Assembly (NCBI GenBank): GCA_019749945.1
Contig: JAIEPF010000023.1
Location: 9,786-73,785, forward strand
From: Burkholderiales bacterium
GTDB lineage: Bacteria; Pseudomonadota; Gammaproteobacteria; Burkholderiales; SG8-41
DNA length: 64,000 nucleotides
Direction of reading: 5' to 3'
Below, piece by piece: positions 58,366 to 64,000 of this stretch. The number at the start of each line of letters is the position of its first letter. Position 1 is the stretch's first letter. The notes under the pieces were generated by a model. It saw only the letters and a list, made by a program, of their open reading frames with translations, did no database searches and had not been told where the DNA came from. The position numbers and the translations under genes were made by a program.

Positions 58366-59577
58366 TCAGGGTTTGGGCCGGCCGTCCAGCGTCGCGCCGC
58401 TGGCCAGCAAGGCCTTGATTTGCGCTTCGGACAAACCCGCTTCACGCAGCACTTCCAGGCTTTGTTCGCCGATTTTCGGCGCAAAGCGAAAATCCGTCCG
58501 TGCGCCGCGCGACAGTTTGTTCGGCAGTTTCATGTTCCAGATTCTGCCTTCGGTCGGATGATCGAGTTTTTCGAAAAACCCGATGTCCTTCAGGTGCGGA
58601 TCCTCCATGATCTGGTCGAGGGTCTGGAACGGCATCGCCGGCACATCGTTGCGGTCAAAAATTTCCATCCATTCCGCGGTGGTTTTCTGTTTCAGGCCTT
58701 CGGCGCGGATGCTGAAATATTCCGGCGTGTTCTTGAAGCGCGCGGCGACGCTGTTGAAACGCGGATCGGTTTTGAGTTCCGGCCGGCCGATGGCGTCAAA
58801 CACGGCAAAGGCCTGGGCGTCGGTATTGGCGGATACGCAGACCCAGCCGTCCCTGGTCGGCAGCGGCCGTGACTGGGGATCGATCAGGCGCGGATCACCG
58901 ACATCGCCCAGCGGCGGATCGAAGGTCTTCAGGTACATGTGTTCTTCGAGCACCGACTTCACCATGTTTTCGAACATCGGCAGCTCGATGGCCTGGCCTT
59001 CGCCGGTACGTTCGCGGTGCAGCAGCGCCATCAGGATCATCTGCACGGCGATCAGCCCGACGGTGCGGTCGGCCACCACCATCGGCAGGTAACGCGGCTC
59101 CCCGGTCGCCATGTGATAAAGCGCAGCAATACCCGAGGAGCCCTGGATGATGGAATCGTAGGCCGGTTTGTCGCGGTAACGGCCGTCCTGGCCGAAACCG
59201 AACATGCCGCAGTAGATGATTTTCGGATTGACCTTGCACACGTCTTCGTACGACAGCTTCAGGCGCGCCATTGCCGGCGGCCGCATGTTCCAGATCAGCA
59301 CGTCCGCGGTTTTGAGCAGGGTCATCAGCGCGTCATAGGCGCCGGGTTTTTTCATGTCCAGCACCAGCGAACGTTTGTTGCGGTTGAGGTGCAGATACTT
59401 GGCGGACATGCCCGCGGTGCGGCCGCGGCCGGCGAGAAAACGCACGATATCGCCGCCGGGGGCTTCGATCTTGATCACATCCGCGCCGTGATCGGCAAAG
59501 GTCTGCGTGGCCAGCGGGCCGACCACCACCGACGTCATGTCGATGATCTTGATGCCTTCGAGAGGTCCGCCGGCCAT
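58366..59577 (-). CDS. family III CoA-transferase (CaiB/BaiF; itaconate CoA-transferase-like)
   Basis: PLEGIKIIDMTSVVVGPLATQTFADHGADVIKIE N-terminus typical of family III CoA-transferases. Confidence 0.88.
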   Translation of the reverse strand: MAGGPLEGIKIIDMTSVVVGPLATQTFADHGADVIKIEAPGGDIVRFLAGRGRTAGMSAKYLHLNRNKRSLVLDMKKPGAYDALMTLLKTADVLIWNMRPPAMARLKLSYEDVCKVNPKIIYCGMFGFGQDGRYRDKPAYDSIIQGSSGIAALYHMATGEPRYLPMVVADRTVGLIAVQMILMALLHRERTGEGQAIELPMFENMVKSVLEEHMYLKTFDPPLGDVGDPRLIDPQSRPLPTRDGWVCVSANTDAQAFAVFDAIGRPELKTDPRFNSVAARFKNTPEYFSIRAEGLKQKTTAEWMEIFDRNDVPAMPFQTLDQIMEDPHLKDIGFFEKLDHPTEGRIWNMKLPNKLSRGARTDFRFAPKIGEQSLEVLREAGLSEAQIKALLASGATLDGRPKP

Positions 59578-59625
59578 TACATTCCCTTCTGCAAACAGCC
59601 ATCAGGCGGTTTGCGGCTGCTGCCT

Positions 59626-59648
59626 CCCCTCTCCCCATGGGAGAGGGG
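59626..59648. repeat. REP-like GC hairpin (CCCCTCTCCC-CAT-GGGAGAGGGG) in an intra-operon gap
   Basis: Read directly. Followed on the plus strand by CCGGGGGTGAGGGATTTTTTT. Confidence 0.6.
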
Positions 59649-59668
59649 CCGGGGGTGAGGGATTTTTT

Positions 59669-60520
59669 TCATTTGAACTCCGCTTCTGCAGTGAGGGCCA
59701 CGGCGCCGGTATCGTCCTGCGCCCACAGCTTCGCCGTCTTGTTGTCGGTGGAGGGTTCGCCGCACAGCGTGATGGTGCGGCCGACAAACAGCGCACGCAC
59801 ATTGCGCGAGGACATGAATTTTATGGGGGTTGTGCCGTGGGTGCGCGCCAGTTCGTACACCAGCAGCGTGGTCAGGCCGCCGTTCATCACCAGGTTGGGA
59901 TAACCCTCGACAGCGGTGACATAGGGATGGTCGTAATGGATGCGGTGGCCGTTGAAGGTCAGCGCGGAATAACGGAACAGCATCACCGGATCCGGCGTGA
60001 CTTCGTGTTTCCACACCGCCTTGCCGGGCGCCGGCTGCGCGGCGGCCGGCGGCGCATTTTTGTCGGGCTCGCCGCGATAGACGATGTCCTGCTCTTCGCT
60101 GATGGCGATGCCGCGCGGGCTCTTGATGTCGGTTTTCACGGTGACAAACACCATGCGCCCGCTGCGCCCGTCCTTGATGGTGACGTTCTGGATGGTCGAC
60201 AGGCGCTGCACTTCATCGCCGACCAGCAGCGGCGCGATGAAGGTCGTGCGTTTGCCGGCAAACATGCGTCGCGGCAGCGGCACCGGCGGCAGAAAGTCGC
60301 CGCGCTGCGGGTGGCCGTCGGGGCCGATCTGCGAATGGCGCACGATGCGCGGAAAGAGGATGGCGTGCCAGCCGACCGGCAGCGGATCCCCCGCCTTGGG
60401 AAACGGGTCGTCGCGGTCGAGCGTCGCCGACAGGCGGTTGACGGCGGGAACGGTGACGTAGTCGATGGCCGTTTCAGTGCGGCCTATCCATTGTTTCAGG
60501 GATTCCAGATCTGCGGACAT
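59669..60520 (-). CDS. MaoC/FAS1-like double hot-dog acyl dehydratase (itaconyl-CoA hydratase-like)
   Basis: WIGRTE...TLDRDDP N-terminal half and YSALTFNGHRIHYD hot-dog half. Located next to the CoA-transferase. Confidence 0.7.
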   Translation of the reverse strand: MSADLESLKQWIGRTETAIDYVTVPAVNRLSATLDRDDPFPKAGDPLPVGWHAILFPRIVRHSQIGPDGHPQRGDFLPPVPLPRRMFAGKRTTFIAPLLVGDEVQRLSTIQNVTIKDGRSGRMVFVTVKTDIKSPRGIAISEEQDIVYRGEPDKNAPPAAAQPAPGKAVWKHEVTPDPVMLFRYSALTFNGHRIHYDHPYVTAVEGYPNLVMNGGLTTLLVYELARTHGTTPIKFMSSRNVRALFVGRTITLCGEPSTDNKTAKLWAQDDTGAVALTAEAEFK

Positions 60521-60583
60521 GCTTGATTGACCTTGTTGTTGCCAGGGAGGCGTGATTTTACGACAGTGACTGCGTGCAGCGGC

Positions 60584-61435
60584 TTAACTGCCCAGACGGA
60601 AATCAAACTCCACACTGTGATAAGGCAGCGGCAGCCGGTAACGTTGTGCCAGCGCGGCATCGCTGTCGAGGCGGGTCTGCACCAGCAGCGATTCGCGCAC
60701 GCCGAACACCGCGTCCTCGTCGATGTAGCGGTCATCGGCAAAAAACACTTCGGTGGTCAGTGACCGGAAGTTCTTCGCGCTGACGATGAAATGAAAATGC
60801 GCGGGACGCCAGGCATGGCGGCCGCCGGCGCGCAGCAGGTCGCCGACCGGACCGTCATAGGGCACGGTGTACGGCGCGGGGCGCACCGTGGTGAAGGCGT
60901 AGCAACCGTCGGCGCCGGTGATCATGCGAAACCGCAGGTTGTGCGGATCCTGCGCCGGATCCTGCTGCCAGTATTTGCCGTTGATTGCGGCCTGCCAGAA
61001 ATCGAGCTGCGCATTGGCAACGGGACGATTTTGCTGATCGAGCACGCATCCCCGCACCAGCATCGCTTCGCCGTCATTGTCGCGCTTGATGTCGCCGCCG
61101 ACCTCGATCAGCGGCGAACCCTCCGCGTGAAACGGCCCCAGCGCGCTGCGTTCGGTGCCGCCGGCGCCGCTGGCGAGCAGATCGACCAGTGACGACAATC
61201 CGAGTACATCGGAGGAGAGGATGAACTCGTTGCGCGCCTCATCCGAAATTTTTCCGGCATGGTAGAGAAAGTCGATGCCGGCTTTCCATTCCTCCGGTGT
61301 CAGCTGCACCTCGCGCGCGAAAGCGTGCAGGTGGTGGGTCAGGCGTTCGATCAGGTGTTTGAAGCGCGGATCGGCGGCGCCGTCGAAGGAATGGACGACG
61401 GCTTGGGTGATGCTGGCGGCGGTGACGTTGCGCAT
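60584..61435 (-). CDS. intradiol ring-cleavage dioxygenase (hydroxyquinol/catechol 1,2-dioxygenase family)
   Basis: GPFH, YWQQD, RPAHFHF and C-terminal beta-sandwich motifs. Confidence 0.85.
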   Translation of the reverse strand: MRNVTAASITQAVVHSFDGAADPRFKHLIERLTHHLHAFAREVQLTPEEWKAGIDFLYHAGKISDEARNEFILSSDVLGLSSLVDLLASGAGGTERSALGPFHAEGSPLIEVGGDIKRDNDGEAMLVRGCVLDQQNRPVANAQLDFWQAAINGKYWQQDPAQDPHNLRFRMITGADGCYAFTTVRPAPYTVPYDGPVGDLLRAGGRHAWRPAHFHFIVSAKNFRSLTTEVFFADDRYIDEDAVFGVRESLLVQTRLDSDAALAQRYRLPLPYHSVEFDFRLGS

Positions 61436-61447
61436 CAGACGCCGCGT

Positions 61448-62422
61448 TCAGTCGACACGCGCGCCGGACTGCTTGACGATCTGCGCATATTTGGCGACTT
61501 CGGTTTTCAGCCGTGCCGCGAATTCAGCCGGTGTGTTGGGCGTGAATTCCAGCGACAGTGCAGCCAGCCGCTCTTTTGCAGCGGGTGATTGCAGCGCCGC
61601 GGTGAAATCGCGGTTGACCTGGTTGACGACCGCGGCCGGGATGCCGACCGGCGCGAACACCGAGAACCAGGTGTAATCATCAAAACCGGGGAAACCGGAT
61701 TCAGCGACGGTGGGCACCTCGGGCAGCACCGCGGACCGTTTTGCGGTGGTGACGGCAATCGGGCGCAGACGCCCGCTTTTGACAAAAGGCACCGCCGGCG
61801 GCATCGAGGTCGAACCCACCGGCACCTGATTGCTGACCACTGCGGTGGCCGCCGCAGCCGGGCTGTACGGCACGTGGGTGATGTCGACTTTGGCCAGCGT
61901 CTTGAACAGCAGTTCCATGTCGAGATGCGGCGTGGTGCCGGTGCCTGAAGAGCCGTAACTCAGCGGTTTCGATTTTGCGAGGGCAATCAGTTCCTGCAGC
62001 GTTTTTGCGCTGACCGAGGGATGCACCGTGATCAGGTTGGGCGTGGTCGGGCCCTGCAGTATCGGCGTGATGTCCTTGATCGCATAGCCCGGTTTCGCAT
62101 ACAGGCTGACGTTGACCGCGATCGCCGAACTGTTCATGAACAGCGTGTGGCCGTCGGGATTGGCGCGCAGCGCGACCTGGGTGCCGATGTTGCCCGAGGC
62201 GCCGGGGCGGTTTTCGATGATCACGTTCTGGCCCCAGATTTCGGTCAGCCGTTCGCCGACGACACGCGCCACGATGTCGGTGGAACTGCCGGGCGGGAAG
62301 GCGACGATGATGCGCACCGGCTTGGTCGGGAACTTGGCGGCGGGCTGGGCAAAAACCGGTGCTGTGATTACGATCAGTGTAACGGAAAACAATAAACGAT
62401 TGATTTTATTGATATTTACCAT
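61448..62422 (-). CDS. Bug/TctC family substrate-binding protein
   Basis: Signal peptide, FPTKPVRIIVAFPPGSSTD signature. Confidence 0.9.
   Translation of the reverse strand: MVNINKINRLLFSVTLIVITAPVFAQPAAKFPTKPVRIIVAFPPGSSTDIVARVVGERLTEIWGQNVIIENRPGASGNIGTQVALRANPDGHTLFMNSSAIAVNVSLYAKPGYAIKDITPILQGPTTPNLITVHPSVSAKTLQELIALAKSKPLSYGSSGTGTTPHLDMELLFKTLAKVDITHVPYSPAAAATAVVSNQVPVGSTSMPPAVPFVKSGRLRPIAVTTAKRSAVLPEVPTVAESGFPGFDDYTWFSVFAPVGIPAAVVNQVNRDFTAALQSPAAKERLAALSLEFTPNTPAEFAARLKTEVAKYAQIVKQSGARVD
62393..62418 (-). promoter_or_regulatory. IHF-consensus site inside the first codons of tctC (minus strand ATATCAATAAAATCAATCGTTTA)
   Basis: Core AATCAATCGTTTA matches WATCAANNNNTTR, with a 5' A/T tract. 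Confidence 0.35.
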
Positions 62423-62443
62423 AACTCCTCCCAGAGGGATCGG

Positions 62444-62761
62444 TCAGATCCCGGTAATCAGCAGGTCCAGCGCCGAAATGATCGAATTGCGTTTGTCTGA
62501 AAGATTGCCGAGTTGTTCGCCGAGCATTTTCCTGGATACGCCTGCGAGTTCGGGCGTCAGCATGGCCATCTTGCGGCCTTCGACCTCGAGCACCGGATTG
62601 AGCCGCTCGGCCAGCTTGCCCTTCAGCATTTCGGGTTTGCACAGGGGCACGACGACCCGGGTTGCCAGAGGGTCGAGCAAGTCCGACTGAACGTCGAGCA
62701 GGTAAGGAATCCGCGCGCGGGTGGCGGGATTGGCGTTGCGATAGACGTCGAACTGCGCCAT
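62444..62761 (-). CDS. ccdB: type II toxin CcdB (gyrase poison family)
   Basis: MAQFDVYRN...LLDVQSDLL...VVPL...ALDLLITGI aligns by eye with F-plasmid CcdB. Confidence 0.9.
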   Translation of the reverse strand: MAQFDVYRNANPATRARIPYLLDVQSDLLDPLATRVVVPLCKPEMLKGKLAERLNPVLEVEGRKMAMLTPELAGVSRKMLGEQLGNLSDKRNSIISALDLLITGI

Positions 62762-63039
62762 CAGAACGAGCGCAAGCCATCGCTGAACACGCCGTGTTTT
62801 TCCACGTGGTCGTTGTAGGCGTCAAGTGCGGCGCGATTTTTTTTGAGCCATTCTTCGCCCTGGCGCTGGCGGATGGCTTCGGTCAAGCCGGCTTCGAACA
62901 CTTGCGACAGGTTCAGCTTGAGGCGCTTGGCCTGTTCCAGCAGCTTGTCATCAACGCTGAGGTTGGTTGCCTTCTTGCGTCGGCGCGGGGCAATGGTGGG
63001 TGTGAGCATGGGCAAGAGCTTGAGCGGATTGATGCGCAT
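62761..63039 (-). CDS. ccdA: type II antitoxin CcdA
   Basis: KKATNLSVDDKLLEQAKRLKLNLSQVFE ribbon/HTH part and C-terminal ...NDHVEKHGVFSDGLRSF. 1-nt overlap with ccdB. Alternative start ATG 63009. Confidence 0.85.
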   Translation of the reverse strand: MRINPLKLLPMLTPTIAPRRRKKATNLSVDDKLLEQAKRLKLNLSQVFEAGLTEAIRQRQGEEWLKKNRAALDAYNDHVEKHGVFSDGLRSF

Positions 63040-63053
63040 AGTGTATGCGCATC
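63031..63053. promoter_or_regulatory. perfect 10-bp inverted repeat (GATGCGCATA-GTG-TATGCGCATC), candidate ccdAB operator
   Basis: Read directly. It overlaps the outer ccdA ATG and a TACACT -10-like hexamer on the minus strand. Confidence 0.5.
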
Positions 63054-63099
63054 ATGGGCTGGGCGCAACAGGCCCCAAGGCGCTTGCCGGGCCGGAGTT

Positions 63100-64000
63100 T
63101 CAGCCTTTCATCGCCGCCAGGGTTTTTGACTCGCGCGCGGTGATCGCATCAAAGCGTTTGAGCAGGCGTTCGGCGCGGACGATGATCGGGATGTCGATCA
63201 TCTTGCCGTCGAGCGCGAAGGAGCCGCGGCCGGCGGCCGCGGCTTCCTTGTCCAGCGCGATGACTTTGCGCGCGTAGTCGACTTCCGCCGCGCTGGGCTT
63301 GTATTCCTCGTTGACGATGGTGACCTGGCCCGGGTGGATGCAGCCGGCGCCCATGAAACCGAAATCGCGCGAACGGCGCACCATTTTGCGGAAATTGTCC
63401 CAGTCACCGAAGGTGGCGACGCTGTCGACAAAACCCAGCGGCATGATGCCGGCGGCGCTGGCGGCAAAAATCATGTGCTGCTTGGGATAGAACAGCGCCT
63501 CTCCGGTCGGCTGCATGTTGCAGTTCAGCGCGTAGTCCTCGCCGCCGATGTTGCAGGCGATGATGCGGCTGCAGGCGGTGGTGATTTCGCGGATCCTGAA
63601 AAACGCTTCCGGCGTTTCGATCATGGTGATGAATTTGGTGTGGCCAACCGTCATGCCGCGCTTCTGTTCCAGTTCGCTGACCAGTTCGTCGAGCAGTTGC
63701 AGATGCGACACGCCGGTGGCCTTGGTCACCGCGATGCCGTTGACGTCGGGGCACACCGCTTCTTCGATGTCGCGCACCGCCAGCGACAGCGGCTGGTTGA
63801 TGCGCACCACCACATCGGCGCCGCCGCGTTTGACCCGCGCCGCGTTTTTCTGGATCAGCTTGCGCGCGTTGGCTTTTTCCGCCGGCGGCACGCTGTCCTC
63901 GACGTCGAGCTGGATCACGTCGGCGCCGCGGGTGTGGGCCTTGTCGACGAATTTTTCGACATTGACCGGGACGTACATCAGCGAGCGCCAGACGGGGAGT
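63100..64000 (-). CDS. HpcH/HpaI aldolase / CitE-like acyl-CoA lyase (citramalyl/malyl-CoA lyase-like), 5' end beyond the right edge
   Basis: RSLMYVPVNVEKFVDKAHTRGADVIQLDVEDSV matches the CitE N-terminal pattern. The frame stays open to position 64000. Confidence 0.85.
   Translation of the reverse strand, partial: LPVWRSLMYVPVNVEKFVDKAHTRGADVIQLDVEDSVPPAEKANARKLIQKNAARVKRGGADVVVRINQPLSLAVRDIEEAVCPDVNGIAVTKATGVSHLQLLDELVSELEQKRGMTVGHTKFITMIETPEAFFRIREITTACSRIIACNIGGEDYALNCNMQPTGEALFYPKQHMIFAASAAGIMPLGFVDSVATFGDWDNFRKMVRRSRDFGFMGAGCIHPGQVTIVNEEYKPSAAEVDYARKVIALDKEAAAAGRGSFALDGKMIDIPIIVRAERLLKRFDAITARESKTLAAMKG

Overview
GC-rich proteobacterial chromosomal segment, by gene content and order probably betaproteobacterial (GC not computed). 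It is densely packed: about 56 protein genes and 2 tRNAs. I saw no rRNA, CRISPR array, transposase or integrase. Most long ORFs in the six-frame track are antisense shadow ORFs typical of high-GC DNA. Left to right: (1) the envelope and housekeeping cluster rsmA'-pdxA-surA-lptD (minus strand), divergent from amgK-murU-pepP-ubiH; (2) dusB-fis-purH-purD-hemF; (3) a minus-strand block livKHMGF followed directly by a sensor histidine kinase that is ATGA-coupled to a Hanks-type Ser/Thr kinase with two receiver domains; (4) cytochrome c, ilvD, lgt, a SapC-family gene, tRNA-Ala(CGC), an ada gene with an apparent -1 frameshift, a UPF0016 exporter-like gene, DUF47-pit, two coupled acyl-CoA dehydrogenases and recG; (5) ubiC-ubiA-ubiD, a membrane protein, then bioA, a beta-CASP MBL hydrolase and dacB; (6) a hypothetical Cys-rich gene behind a sigma54-type promoter, CIRCE-groES-groEL, a YggT-like gene and tRNA-Phe(GAA); (7) a catabolic region after tRNA-Phe with MmgE/PrpD, three orphan TctC/Bug binding proteins, a 1134-aa DUF748/AsmA-like protein, 3-hydroxyacyl-CoA dehydrogenase, M14 peptidase, a signal-peptide SAM methyltransferase, and an itaconate-like CoA-transferase/hydratase/CitE-lyase set that contains an intradiol dioxygenase and a ccdAB toxin-antitoxin pair. 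The most noteworthy observations are the HK/STK-REC-REC signalling pair tailing the liv operon; the T6 frameshift in ada; two perfect long palindromes built from the 3' ends of tRNA-Ala and groEL; a recurrent AT-rich motif matching the IHF consensus that occurs inside unrelated GC-rich coding regions in different reading frames; opposed heptamer arrays between purH and purD; and ccdAB embedded in a catabolic operon. No complete novel multi-gene system (for example a defence system) can be demonstrated from sequence alone. All functional calls come from motif and family recognition by eye, not from database searches.
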